Source of the DNA: an uncultured Eubacteriales bacterium
GTDB taxonomy: Bacteria > Bacillota > Clostridia > Christensenellales > Aristaeellaceae
Direction of reading: 5' to 3'
Assembly (NCBI GenBank): GCA_900315585.1
Contig: OMZP01000005.1
Location: 40,112 to 104,111 of the forward strand
DNA length: 64,000 bases
A program made the translations under genes and the position numbers. Positions 18,816-29,789 of this stretch are shown piece after piece (positions within the stretch are counted from its first letter, which is position 1; each line of letters opens with the position of its first letter). The notes beneath the pieces were generated by a model. The model did no database searches. It saw only the letters and a program-made list of their open reading frames with translations, and was not told the origin of the DNA.

Positions 18816-19167
18816 CGGAGACAACCCCTCCGGCCTGCGGCCACCTCCCCTTACACAGGGGAGGCATGGAACAGCGCGCAAATAGCGGCAAATCATCGAG
18901 AACGACGCAGGGACGCCATTCATGGCGTCCGCGGGCGGCATAAATGCCGCCCCTGCGTGGGTGCGCATCAACGCAGGTTCTGGAAGTGGCTCCGTGTTTA
19001 GCTACCATCGTCGGGACGCATTCATGGCGTCCGCGGGCGGCATAAATGCCGCCCCTGCGGGGATACGCATCAACGTTGGTTCATGAGATGGCTCCGTGGC
19101 AGGGCGCGAAAAAGCCTCCCCTGTGTAAGGGGAGGTGCCGAGCCGGGCGAGGCGGAGGGGTTGTCCC
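18816..19167. repeat. MITE-like composite repeat: terminal inverted repeats of about 50 bp around a tandem duplication of about 105 bp
   Basis: Left arm GGAGACAACCCCTCC..CCTCCCCTTACACAGGGGAGG mirrors right arm CCTCCCCTGTGTAAGGGGAGG..GGAGGGGTTGTCCC. Internal units at 18909-19000 and 19013-19098 share GGGACGC(C)ATTCATGGCGTCCGCGGGCGGCATAAATGCCGCCCCTGCG. Confidence 0.6.
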
Positions 19168-19244
19168 GCAAAAGAAAACTTTATTTGCCAATCCATCCTT
19201 CATGCGCTATAATAGTCCCAACGCTGTACGACGGAGGGATCCCC

Positions 19245-19544
19245 ATGCCGAGACTGTGGGCGAAGATCATCAAGAAGCACCGCATCGAGAAGCAGGCCAC
19301 GGTCCCCTGCGCCTTTGAGGGCGTGGAGGACGCGCTGACGGAGCTTTGCCACGAATTTGACATCCCACGCCCGCTGTGGCTGAATAAGCACTACCGGGAG
19401 TTCGAGGAGTTCCGCCGCACCCAGTTCCTGCCGGAGCACTTCATGGAGGACGTGAGCTTCCAGCGGCTGGACATCGAGTTCCTTGAGGACGACGGCAGGA
19501 CCCGCAGGAGCAACGATCCCCGCAACCAGTTCGACGGGTTTTAA
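19245..19544 (+). CDS. small conserved hypothetical protein (99 aa)
   Basis: ATG at 19245 with GGAGGGA RBS and TATAAT at 19208-19213. No family recognised. Confidence 0.5.
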   Translation: MPRLWAKIIKKHRIEKQATVPCAFEGVEDALTELCHEFDIPRPLWLNKHYREFEEFRRTQFLPEHFMEDVSFQRLDIEFLEDDGRTRRSNDPRNQFDGF

Positions 19545-19570
19545 ACTTCGGTAAACAGCCCGGAATCAAA

Positions 19571-19599
19571 TTGACGTTCGCGGGATTAAGTGTTATAAT
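19571..19599 (+). promoter_or_regulatory. sigma-A-type promoter of the T-box/valS transcription unit
   Basis: TTGACG, a 17-nt spacer, then TATAAT. Confidence 0.7.
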
Positions 19600-19605
19600 C
19601 CAAGT

Positions 19606-19840
19606 GTCGATGACGAAGAGGAGTAATCCCTCGTGCGCCCAAGAGAGAGTGGCTCGCTGGCTGGAAGGCCGCTCGGAACGCAGACGGATGAAGGTCGCTT
19701 CGGAGGCGGCCGGGAGAACGGAGTAACCCGGCGGGGCGCGCCCCTTAAAGCGCGAAGAGGTTGAAGCGATTGCGCTTCGATGAATAAGGTGGTACCGCGG
19801 AGCAATCCGCCCTTTGTGGCGTGGGCTCCGCGTTTTTTAT
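19606..19840 (+). promoter_or_regulatory. T-box leader (tRNA-Val-responsive transcription attenuator)
   Basis: GATGA..AGTAA K-turn-like start and AGAGAGAG bulge motif. GAAG-GUC-G fits a Val specifier followed by a purine. Conserved GGTGGTACCGCG at 19788-19799. Terminator CCGCGGAGC..GCTCCGCG followed by TTTTTT at 19795-19838. Confidence 0.85.
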
Positions 19841-19859
19841 CCGCAAAAGGGGTGATACC

Positions 19860-20114
19860 ATGTCGGGAGAGAACAGGCGCTATGGCGGCTGGCTTCTGCC
19901 GGTGATCGTCGTGGCCGTGGGCGCGTACTTCCTGGTGAACGGGATGCAGAAGGGCACGCTGCAATCCGCGGCCCTCGGGCCCGTGAACATCGTCGGCCTC
20001 GTTCTGATGGTCGTCGGGCTCGTCGCGAGCGTCGCCGCCCGGAAGAACGGCCTTCTCAAGCTCGCAGCCACGCTCGTCTGCGGCGTCGGCGCGATATTGG
20101 TGATCTGTCTATAA
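19860..20114 (+). CDS. small membrane protein (84 aa, about three TM helices) between the T-box and valS
   Basis: ATG at 19860 with AAAGGGGTGA upstream. Hydrophobic segments WLLPVIVVAVGAYFLV, IVGLVLMVVGLVASV and ATLVCGVGAILVI. Confidence 0.5.
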   Translation: MSGENRRYGGWLLPVIVVAVGAYFLVNGMQKGTLQSAALGPVNIVGLVLMVVGLVASVAARKNGLLKLAATLVCGVGAILVICL

Positions 20115-20132
20115 TACAAGGGGGATATTGTC

Positions 20133-22856
20133 ATGGAAGCCAAGAAGGAATTTACCATGGAAAAGGTGTTTCAGCCCAACCAGGTTGAAGGCCGCATCTA
20201 CGAAATGTGGGAGAACTCCGGCGCGTTCAAGCCCGTGAAGGACGAGAGTAAAAAGCCCTTCGTCATCGTCATGCCGCCGCCGAACATCACCGGCCAGCTG
20301 CACATCGGCCACGCCCTGGACGAAATGCCCCAGGACGTGCTGATCCGCTATCACCGCATGAAGGGCGACCCGACCCTGTGGGTGCCCGGCACGGATCACG
20401 CCGCCATCGCCACCGAGGTGAAGGTGGTGGACGCCCTGCGCAAGGAGGGCCTCACCAAGCAGCAAATCGGCCGCGAGAAGTTCCTGGAGCGCACCTGGGA
20501 GTGGAAGAAGGAGTATGGCGGGCGTATCGTGCGCCAGCTGCGCAAGCTGGGCGTGTCCTGCGACTGGAGCCGGGAACGCTTCACCATGGACGAGGGGCTG
20601 TCCCGCGCCGTGCGGGAGACCTTCGTGCGCCTGTATGACAAGGGCCTGATCTACCAGGGCAGCCGCATGATCAACTGGTGCCCCTGCTGCCAGACCAGCC
20701 TCTCCGACGCCGAGGTGGAGTATGAGAGCAAGGACGGCCACTTCTGGCACATCCTCTATCCGGTGAAGGAGACCGGGGAGCTTCTGGAGCTGGCCACCAC
20801 GCGGCCGGAGACCATGCTGGGCGACACCGCCGTGGCCATCAACCCGGAGGACGAGCGTTACGCTCACCTGCACGGCTGCCACGTGATCCTGCCGCTGATC
20901 GACAAGGAAATTCCCATCGTCTGCGACGAGCATGCCGACATGGAGAAGGGCACCGGCGTGGTGAAGATCACCCCCGCCCACGACCCCAACGACTTCGAGG
21001 TGGGCAAGCGGCACGACCTGCCCATGGTGCGCGTGTTCACCTACGACGGCCACATGACCGGGGCGAAGGAGGCTGCCGAGAACGCGGAGCTGATCGCCTC
21101 CGGCCGCGCCACCGTGGACGAGCCCACCGTGCTGGACTGCGGCAAGTATGCCGGCATGACCACCGACGAGGCCCGCAAGGCGATCGTCGAGGATCTGAAG
21201 GCGCTGGGCCTTTTGAAGGAAGTGGAGCCCCTGAACCACGAGGTGGGCACCTGCTATCGCTGCCACACCACCGTGGAGCCCATGGTTTCCAAGCAGTGGT
21301 TCGTGAAGATGAAGCCCCTGGCCGAGCCCGCCTGCCAGGTGGTGTACGACGGCAAGCTGCGCTTCATCCCGGAGCGTTTTGAAAAGACCTACCTGCACTG
21401 GATGGAGAACACCCGCGACTGGTGCATCAGCCGCCAGCTGTGGTGGGGCCATCGCATTCCCGCCTTCTACTGCGACAACTGCTTAAAGACCCACGTCACC
21501 CGCGAGGACATCACCGTCTGCCCGGACTGCGGAAGCCCGGTGCGCCAGGACGAGGACGTGCTGGACACCTGGTTCTCCTCGGCGCTGTGGCCCTTCTCCA
21601 CGCTGGGCTGGCCGGAGCAGACCGACGACTTCAAGTATTACTATCCCAACACCGTGCTCTCCTGCGGCTATGACATCATCTTCTTCTGGCTGGCCCGCAT
21701 GGTGTTCTCCGGCATCGAGCAGACCGGCGAGAGCCCCTTCGAGGTGGCGCTGATGCACGGCCTGGTGCGCGACGCGCTGGGGCGGAAGATGTCCAAGTCC
21801 CTGGGCAACGGCATCGACCCCATTGAGGTCATCGACAAGTTCGGCGCGGACGCGCTGCGCTTCTCCCTGGTGATGGGCGTGGCCCCCGGCAGCGACATCC
21901 GCATGAGCGAGGAGAAGATCGAATCCTTCCGCAACTTCGCCAACAAGATCTGGAACGCCAGCCGCTTTGTGCTGATGAACCTGCAGGACTTTGAGCCCAA
22001 GGGCATCGACGTTTCCAGGCTGTCCCTGGCGGACAAGTGGATCCTGACCCGCTACCAGGAGGCCGTGCGGGGCATCACCGACAACCTGGAGAACTACGAC
22101 CTGGGCCTGGCCGCCACCAAGCTCTACGACTTCGTCTGGTCCACCTTCTGCGACTGGTACATCGAAGCCGCCAAGCAGGGCCTGTACGACGCGGATCAGG
22201 AGGTGAAGGCCGCGACCCAGGAGGTGCTGCTCTACGTGCTCACCGGCATGTTGAAGCTGCTGCATCCCTATATGCCCTTCATCACCGAGGAGGTCTACGG
22301 CTACCTGCCGAATGTGGACGGCATGCTGATCGCTGCGGATTGGCCGGTGTGCGTGCCGGAGTACGACTTCACCGAGGAGGCCGCCCGGATGGACGGCATC
22401 ATGGACGTGATCCGCGCCGTGCGCAACCTCCGCTCTGAGATGAACGTGCAGCCCGGACGCAAGGCCACGCTGATCGCCCGTCCCCACGCGGGCTGGGCGG
22501 AGGCCATCCAGAGCGCCGAGGGTTACTTCAAGCGCCTGGCCAACGTGAGCAGCCTGGTGCTCCTCACCGACGAGCCGAACCCGGAGAAGTCCGCCTCCTT
22601 CGTGGCCGAGGCCGGCGAGTTCTACATGCCCCTGGGCGAGCTGGTGGACGTGGAGAAAGAACTCAAGCGCCTGGACAAGGACCTGAAGAACCTGGAAAAC
22701 GAGATCGCCCGCGCCACGAAAATGCTGAGCAACCCCGGCTTCGTCAGCAAGGCCCCGGCCCAGCTGGTGGAGACCGAGAAGGAGAAGCTGGCTACCAACC
22801 AGGGCCTGCTGGAGAAGCTGAAGGCCCGCATCGCGGAGATGGAGACGCTGAGGTAA
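20133..22856 (+). CDS. valS: valine--tRNA ligase
   Basis: 907 aa. HIGH (PPNITGQLHIGHAL) and KMSKS (GRKMSKSLGN) motifs. C-terminal coiled coil. Confidence 0.95.
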   Translation: MEAKKEFTMEKVFQPNQVEGRIYEMWENSGAFKPVKDESKKPFVIVMPPPNITGQLHIGHALDEMPQDVLIRYHRMKGDPTLWVPGTDHAAIATEVKVVDALRKEGLTKQQIGREKFLERTWEWKKEYGGRIVRQLRKLGVSCDWSRERFTMDEGLSRAVRETFVRLYDKGLIYQGSRMINWCPCCQTSLSDAEVEYESKDGHFWHILYPVKETGELLELATTRPETMLGDTAVAINPEDERYAHLHGCHVILPLIDKEIPIVCDEHADMEKGTGVVKITPAHDPNDFEVGKRHDLPMVRVFTYDGHMTGAKEAAENAELIASGRATVDEPTVLDCGKYAGMTTDEARKAIVEDLKALGLLKEVEPLNHEVGTCYRCHTTVEPMVSKQWFVKMKPLAEPACQVVYDGKLRFIPERFEKTYLHWMENTRDWCISRQLWWGHRIPAFYCDNCLKTHVTREDITVCPDCGSPVRQDEDVLDTWFSSALWPFSTLGWPEQTDDFKYYYPNTVLSCGYDIIFFWLARMVFSGIEQTGESPFEVALMHGLVRDALGRKMSKSLGNGIDPIEVIDKFGADALRFSLVMGVAPGSDIRMSEEKIESFRNFANKIWNASRFVLMNLQDFEPKGIDVSRLSLADKWILTRYQEAVRGITDNLENYDLGLAATKLYDFVWSTFCDWYIEAAKQGLYDADQEVKAATQEVLLYVLTGMLKLLHPYMPFITEEVYGYLPNVDGMLIAADWPVCVPEYDFTEEAARMDGIMDVIRAVRNLRSEMNVQPGRKATLIARPHAGWAEAIQSAEGYFKRLANVSSLVLLTDEPNPEKSASFVAEAGEFYMPLGELVDVEKELKRLDKDLKNLENEIARATKMLSNPGFVSKAPAQLVETEKEKLATNQGLLEKLKARIAEMETLR

Positions 22857-23148
22857 TACCAAATTCCATCTAATCCATGCACATCTGCGTGCGTCTTTTC
22901 CGCCCTGGCTGTGCTTCGCTTCAGTCAACGATGCGCTGCATCGCCTCCCTCCGCTCAGCCGCTCAGCTTTGCCAGAACGAAAAATCCACTCCGCATTTGT
23001 ACATATTTTAGAAGGAATTTAGTATAAGCCGTCTTCAAAAAACGGGAAACCGGATCGTCGCTTCGCCAAAATGATCTTCTCGCAATGACGTTTTACGATT
23101 TCATGGCGACAAACGCGATCGTGAGGCGGCATGAAACCGGCATGCACA

Positions 23149-23214
23149 GATCCTTCGCTTCGCTCAGGATGACAGGACCACGCGTCTTTGTCATCCTGAA
23201 CGGAGTGAAGGATC
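23149..23214. repeat. 66-nt imperfect palindrome (GATCCTTCGCTTCGCTCAGGATGACA ... TGTCATCCTGAACGGAGTGAAGGATC)
   Basis: Seen directly. Lies in the 400-nt convergent gap between valS and the aspartokinase gene. Confidence 0.6.
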
Positions 23215-23264
23215 TATGTGTTTTGGACAGACAGGACCTTGCGCCGATCCTGCAGCGTCGGTTT

Positions 23265-24290
23265 TCATTCGATCAAAACCCTGTGCAAATGTCGAATCGT
23301 CGCCTCGTATCGATCCCTTTCCACGACCAATTCGCTGCAATCATCCTTGCTATGAATACTCTGAGCTGCCGTTTCTCTGATCGCCTCCAGAATCCTCTCC
23401 CTGTTTACGCCGAAGACGGTGATTCGTGCCGTTTCTCCTTCCTTTTTCCCGGCGATGCAGGCCGCGACGGATTCCACGCGCTCGTCGATCAGCGTGCCGA
23501 AGGAGGCCGGGTCCATGGTGCTGCGCAGGCGCGTGGGAATGCCGGACAGGGCCACCGGGTCCAGGCAGGCGGGGTGGAGCACCTGGGCCCCGGCCCTCGA
23601 CAGCGCCCGCATCTGCCGGTAGCTGACCTGGGGGATCAGCCGCGCACCGGGCACGATGGCCGGGTCCGCGGTCATCAGCCCCGGCACGTCCGTCCAGTTT
23701 TCATACAGCCCCGCGCCCAGGCCCGCCGCCGCCAGAGCGCCGGTGATGTCCGAGCCGTTCCTGGGGAAGAGGTGCACCCGGCCGCTGGCGTCCGCGCCGT
23801 AGAAGCCGGGGACGACCACCGGCCCGCGCCTTTCCGCAAGCCTGGCGAAGTTTTCCAGCGTCGTGTTGTATAACAGCCGCCCCAGCCCGTCGAAGCGGAC
23901 CAGCTGGGCGGCGTCCTCCATCTCCAGGCCGCCGTACATCGAAAACAGCTTCGCGCTGAGGTATTCGCCCCGGCTGAGCAGACGTTCCCGGGATGCGCCA
24001 AGCGCCCGTCGGATCTCATCCTTCGCCACCTCGTAAAAGCCCTTCACGCCCAGGCCTTCGGCGATTTCCCCATACCGTTCCGCAATTCTCCCGACCCTTC
24101 CGGCATCCCCGCTCCGCCAGCATTCCTCCAGCATCGCCGTCACCTTTTCCCGGTGGGCCTCGTCGATCCCCGGCGCGGACAGCACGACGCAGCGGCGGCC
24201 CGGGGAGGCCCGCACGATGTCCAGCACCCGCCGGAAGCAGGCGGCGTTGGCGGTGGAGCTGCCGCCGAATTTTGAAACCACGGTTGGCAT
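23265..24290 (-). CDS. aspartate kinase (amino-acid kinase family)
   Basis: ATG at 24290 with GGAGG 8 nt upstream. MPTVVSKFGGSS (KFGG[ST]S motif). About 341 aa. Confidence 0.65.
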   Translation of the reverse strand: MPTVVSKFGGSSTANAACFRRVLDIVRASPGRRCVVLSAPGIDEAHREKVTAMLEECWRSGDAGRVGRIAERYGEIAEGLGVKGFYEVAKDEIRRALGASRERLLSRGEYLSAKLFSMYGGLEMEDAAQLVRFDGLGRLLYNTTLENFARLAERRGPVVVPGFYGADASGRVHLFPRNGSDITGALAAAGLGAGLYENWTDVPGLMTADPAIVPGARLIPQVSYRQMRALSRAGAQVLHPACLDPVALSGIPTRLRSTMDPASFGTLIDERVESVAACIAGKKEGETARITVFGVNRERILEAIRETAAQSIHSKDDCSELVVERDRYEATIRHLHRVLIE

Positions 24291-24646
24291 ATCGATAACC
24301 TCCATCTGGAAAGCATTTCAACGGATGGAAGCGCCAAAGCTCGAACGCTGGCGCTTTCGCGGTATACTATGCCGGATGGCGGCGCGGACGTGAAGCGGAA
24401 TGTCGATGAAAGCAGCCATCATTGTGGCTATCAGTAAAAAATATATGAAATAAAGGATTTTTCGCGAGGACGTTGTATATAGTATTATAATCGTCAGTCC
24501 CGTCGGCGCGTTTCTGCACAACCATGAATTTCTTGCGGAATTTGTAAAATGGATGCAGGAAAAACGCCGCATCCGGCGAATAATACATGTACTGTAACCG
24601 CCGCCGAAACGAGGGCCACATATAAGAAGAAAAAAGGGAGGATGAC

Positions 24647-26377
24647 ATGAGCGGAAGATTGTCGGACGCCTGGCTGGAGGAGCTGAGAAGCCGCGTCAGC
24701 CTGGAGGAAGTGGTCTCCGAATACGTCCCCCTCAAGCAAAAGGGCCGCCGTTTCTGGGGCTGTTGCCCGTTCCACAACGAGAAGACGCCTTCCTTCGCCG
24801 TGGACACCGAATCCCAGCTCTACTACTGCTTTGGCTGCCATAAGGGCGGCACGGTCATCAACTTTGTGATGGATCTGGAGCGGATGGAGTTCATGGACGC
24901 GGTGCGGCTCCTGGCGGAGCGCGCCCACATGGAGCTTCCGGAGCGAAGCGCCCAGCCGGGGGAGGTTCGCGTCAGTCGCGACGAACGGGAGCAGATGTAT
25001 GAAGCGAATCGTGCCGCCGCCAAATTCTTCCACGGATTGCTGTGGACAGACGAGGGCGCGGACGCCCTGAACTACCTCTACGGGCGCGGCCTCAACGATT
25101 CGGACATCCGCCGCTTCGGCCTCGGAGCTTCTCCCAAAGGCTGGGACGGCCTTTTGCATCATCTGGAGAAGCAGGGCTACGAGCCGGGCCTCCTGGAGAA
25201 GGCGGGTCTGGTGGTCCGCCGGGAGAACAAGTATTTCGACATGTTCCGCGGGCGGGTGATGTTTCCCATCATCAACGCCCAGGGCCGGGTGCTGGGCTTT
25301 GGCGGGCGGGCCATGGGCGACGCCCAGCCCAAGTACCTGAACACGGCGGAGACGCCGGTGTTCAACAAGCGCATGGGCCTCTACGCGCTGAACTACGCTG
25401 CGAAGGAGCGTTCGGTGGGGCGGCTGGTGCTGGTGGAGGGCTACATGGACACCGTTTCCCTTCGCAAGCACGGCGTGCAGGGCGTGGTGGCCACGCTGGG
25501 CACGGCCCTCACCGAGGAGCAGGCGCGGCTGATGAAGCGATACGCGCCGCAGGTGTGGATCAGCTACGACGGCGACGCCGCCGGTCAGAAGGCGGCCCTT
25601 CGGGCGCTGGACATCCTGGACGGCCAGGGCCTGCCCGCGCGGGTGATCGACTATCCCGACGGCATGGACCCGGACGACTTCATCAAGGCCAACGGCCTGA
25701 CTGGCTTCGAGGCCCTTCCCAAGCTGGATTCCACGACCTACCGGATGCTTCGGGCCAAGGACGGCCTGGACACCGCTACCCAGGACGGCATGACCCAGTA
25801 CGCGCTGCGCTGCTGCGCGATATTGAAGCAGGTCAAGAGCCCGGTGGAGATGGAGAACCATCTCAGAAGGCTCGTGAACGAGACCGGCTACGACCGGGAG
25901 ATATTGCTTCGGCAGATCGGTGCCACCGCCGTCAGCCAGACTGCCCAGCCCATCCGCCGGACCCGGCGGAACCAAACGGAGCCCTCGGGCGTCGAAAAGG
26001 CCGAGCAGGAGCTGATCTCCATGCTGTCGGCGGGGCTGATTTCCCCGGAGATACTCAAGCCGGAGGACTTCACCAGCGAGGATCACCAAAAGCTGGCGCG
26101 GTGGCTGATCGACGGCCATTCCGCCGCGAGCTACATCGGCGGCATCCAGGACGATGCCGAGCGCAACCGGGCCGTGCGGGCGCTGAACTTCACGCCGCTG
26201 CCCCAGGACAGGGAAAAGGCCCTGGAGGTGGCGCAGGAGGACCTGCGCACGCTGCGCCAGGCCCGGAAAAGAGAAAGAGAAGACGAATACAGACAGAAAG
26301 TCGATACGCTTTCGCAGGAGCAAAAACTGGAAATCCTGCGGCGCATCGATGCCGCCAACAGGGAATCGGAAGGTTGA
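24647..26377 (+). CDS. dnaG: DNA primase
   Basis: Zinc-binding [26 protein letters not shown] domain ([15 protein letters not shown]) and AGGGAGG RBS. Confidence 0.95.
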   Translation: MSGRLSDAWLEELRSRVSLEEVVSEYVPLKQKGRRFWGCCPFHNEKTPSFAVDTESQLYYCFGCHKGGTVINFVMDLERMEFMDAVRLLAERAHMELPERSAQPGEVRVSRDEREQMYEANRAAAKFFHGLLWTDEGADALNYLYGRGLNDSDIRRFGLGASPKGWDGLLHHLEKQGYEPGLLEKAGLVVRRENKYFDMFRGRVMFPIINAQGRVLGFGGRAMGDAQPKYLNTAETPVFNKRMGLYALNYAAKERSVGRLVLVEGYMDTVSLRKHGVQGVVATLGTALTEEQARLMKRYAPQVWISYDGDAAGQKAALRALDILDGQGLPARVIDYPDGMDPDDFIKANGLTGFEALPKLDSTTYRMLRAKDGLDTATQDGMTQYALRCCAILKQVKSPVEMENHLRRLVNETGYDREILLRQIGATAVSQTAQPIRRTRRNQTEPSGVEKAEQELISMLSAGLISPEILKPEDFTSEDHQKLARWLIDGHSAASYIGGIQDDAERNRAVRALNFTPLPQDREKALEVAQEDLRTLRQARKREREDEYRQKVDTLSQEQKLEILRRIDAANRESEG

Positions 26378-26400
26378 CCGGTCGAAAGGAGTGGCCCGGA

Positions 26401-27494
<1,094 letters not shown>

Positions 27495-27495
<1 letters not shown>

Positions 27496-28190
27496 TGAAC
27501 TCAACTGGCAGAATCGTGCTGGACCCGCGCCTGTCGTTGATCGCGCGCCTGGTCGGACATTGCGAATGCTGTGCCGACGTGGGCTGCGACCACGGCAGGC
27601 TCGGCGCTTTTATGCTCCAGCAAAATCAGTGTGAGCGGATGGTGCTCACGGACATCTCCGCGCCTTCCCTGGACAAGGCCCGTCGGCTGATGGGCGACCT
27701 GGGCCTTGCGGACCGGGTCCGATTCGCCGTGGGGGACGGGGCGCTGGCCATCCCGGAGCCGGTGGACGCGGCGGTGATCGCCGGCATGGGCGGCGCGACC
27801 ATCGCCGGGATCGTCCGGCAGGGCCGGGAGAGGCTGGGGAACGCCCGGCTGATCCTGGAGCCCAACGTAGCGGCCCCGCAGCTGCGCCGGACCCTGATGG
27901 ACTGCGGCTACGAGATCTACGACGAGGCCGTGGCCCGGGACGGGCGAAGAAACTACGTCGTCATCTGCGCCAGGCCCGGACGGGCGTCATACAGTGAAAA
28001 GGAACTCATCGTCGGGCCCGTGCTGCTGAAAAACCGACCGGAGTCGCTTGAGCCCTACGCCGAATTTCGGCTGCGAGTGGCAAAGAAGGCGCTGGCGGGC
28101 GCGTCGGCTTCCGGCGACGCGGCGCAGACGGAACCCCTTGAGAAGGAAATCGCCATCTGGGAGGAGGTGCTGGCATGTCTCAGACGGTAG
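27495..28190 (+). CDS. trmK: tRNA (adenine22-N1)-methyltransferase TrmK-like SAM-dependent methyltransferase
   Basis: The ATG overlaps the rpoD stop (TGATG). ADVGCDHGRL SAM-fold motif. Conserved position after rpoD. Confidence 0.7.
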
Positions 28191-28936
28191 CGGACATCCT
28201 TGAACTGGTGAATCAGATCGCGCCCTTCGAGCTGGCCGAGGAGTGGGACAACGTGGGCCTGCTGGCGGGTTGTCCGGACGCGCCGGTGAACACGGTGCTC
28301 TGCGCGCTGGATCTGAGCATGGACGTGCTGAAAGAGGCCCAAAATGCGGGCGCGCATCTGATCGTGACCCACCACCCGATCCTGTTCCGGGGCCGGAAGA
28401 ACCTCTGCGAGACGGACGGGGAGGGGCGGCTGCTGTGCGCGCTGGTGCGCAGCGGCATCGCCATGATCGCCGCCCACACCAACTATGACAACGCCCATCC
28501 CGGCGTGAACGACGCTCTGGCGGCGGCGCTGGGATTGGAAAATATCGAGGTTTTGGAGAACGGCATGCGCGTCGGCACGCCCAAACAAACCGACTTCGGT
28601 AGGTTTGCGGACCATGCGGAGGCCGTTCTGGGCAGCCCGGTGCGCAGGTACGGCGATCCCGGGCGCACGATCCGCCGTGCGGCGGTGCTGGGCGGCGCGG
28701 GCGAGGACTACGCCCATCAGGCGCTGGACGTCGGCGCGGAGGTCTACCTGACCGGCGAAATGGCCTACCACAAGGCCCTGGACGCCGCGGACAACGGCCT
28801 GTGCGTGCTGGAAGCGGGCCATGCCGCTACGGAGCGTCCCGGAATTTTAGCATTGGCGGCGGCTTTACAAAAGGCCGCGGATGCTGTACAATATAAGATA
28901 CGTGTGAAAAGCAGTGAAGCAAGCCTGTTTTTATAG
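28175..28936 (+). CDS. Nif3-like dinuclear metal centre protein
   Basis: WDNVGLL and LIVTHHPILF motifs. Classic dnaG-rpoD-trmK-nif3 synteny. Confidence 0.85.
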   Translation: MSQTVADILELVNQIAPFELAEEWDNVGLLAGCPDAPVNTVLCALDLSMDVLKEAQNAGAHLIVTHHPILFRGRKNLCETDGEGRLLCALVRSGIAMIAAHTNYDNAHPGVNDALAAALGLENIEVLENGMRVGTPKQTDFGRFADHAEAVLGSPVRRYGDPGRTIRRAAVLGGAGEDYAHQALDVGAEVYLTGEMAYHKALDAADNGLCVLEAGHAATERPGILALAAALQKAADAVQYKIRVKSSEASLFL

Positions 28937-28941
28937 AGAGG

Positions 28942-29661
28942 ATGGATGATATGCAGCTCGATACCCTTTGGCAGTTCATGCAGGTGGATATGGAGACGGA
29001 CGGCTTCGAGGCGAAGATGCGCCAGTCGGAGAATCGCCAGAAGCTGGTGAAGGCCCGCGACTTTTTGAAGGATCAGCAGGCCAATATGAAGAGGCTGGAG
29101 AACGACGTGGCCGTGATGCAGGACCGCCTGGCCGCCGTGGAGGATGAGGCCGCGCGGCTGGAGAAGCTGCTGGAGAGCGCGACGGAGAACTTCAACAACA
29201 ACCCGCCCGCCAACGCCGAGGACGCCGAAAAGCAGGCCGAGGCCGTAGCGAAGCTGCTGGACAGCCTGCAGCGGTATGAGGCGGAGCTGGCCAAGATGCG
29301 CAAGGACGCCGATACCAAGGATCGCCAGCAGAAGGAGATCCGCGTGCGCGCCGCCAAGACCAAGATGGAGTTCGACACGCTGAAGGTGGCGTACGACCAG
29401 GAATTCAAGGCCGACACCGCCAAGCTCCAGGACATGCGCGCCCACACCGAGCAGGAGGCCAAGAAGGTGGATCCGGCGCTGCTGGCCAAATATCGCAGCA
29501 TCAAGCAGCATTGCACGCCGCCCATGGCGAAGCTGGTAAACGGCCAGTGCAGCGGCTGCTTCATGTCCCTGCCCAGCGCCACGCTGCTGGACATCAAGAA
29601 CGGGGACAGGATCGTGGAGTGCGACAACTGCGGTCGCATCCTCTATGACGCGGGGGACTGA
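28942..29661 (+). CDS. coiled-coil C4 zinc-ribbon protein (COG1579/DUF164-like)
   Basis: Long coiled coil, then CSGC...CDNCGRILY. The start could be the ATG at 28951, which has better RBS spacing. Confidence 0.75.
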   Translation: MDDMQLDTLWQFMQVDMETDGFEAKMRQSENRQKLVKARDFLKDQQANMKRLENDVAVMQDRLAAVEDEAARLEKLLESATENFNNNPPANAEDAEKQAEAVAKLLDSLQRYEAELAKMRKDADTKDRQQKEIRVRAAKTKMEFDTLKVAYDQEFKADTAKLQDMRAHTEQEAKKVDPALLAKYRSIKQHCTPPMAKLVNGQCSGCFMSLPSATLLDIKNGDRIVECDNCGRILYDAGD

Positions 29662-29727
29662 TACATACCTGTCCCACGACGCGGGTATGATTCGCAGGGG
29701 CGCCATTCTTGACGTCCAACGCCCCTT

Positions 29728-29775
29728 GCCTCCCCTTGAAAAGGGAGGCGGCCACGAAGTGGCAGGAGGGGTTAT
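29728..29775. repeat. REP unit (hairpin CCTCCCCTTGAAAAGGGAGG + CGGCCACGAAGTGGC + AGGAGGGGTT)
   Basis: Same two-hairpin plus GAGGGGTT architecture as 12640-12688 and 19114-19167. Confidence 0.5.
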
Positions 29776-29789
29776 ACAAGGATTGATTT

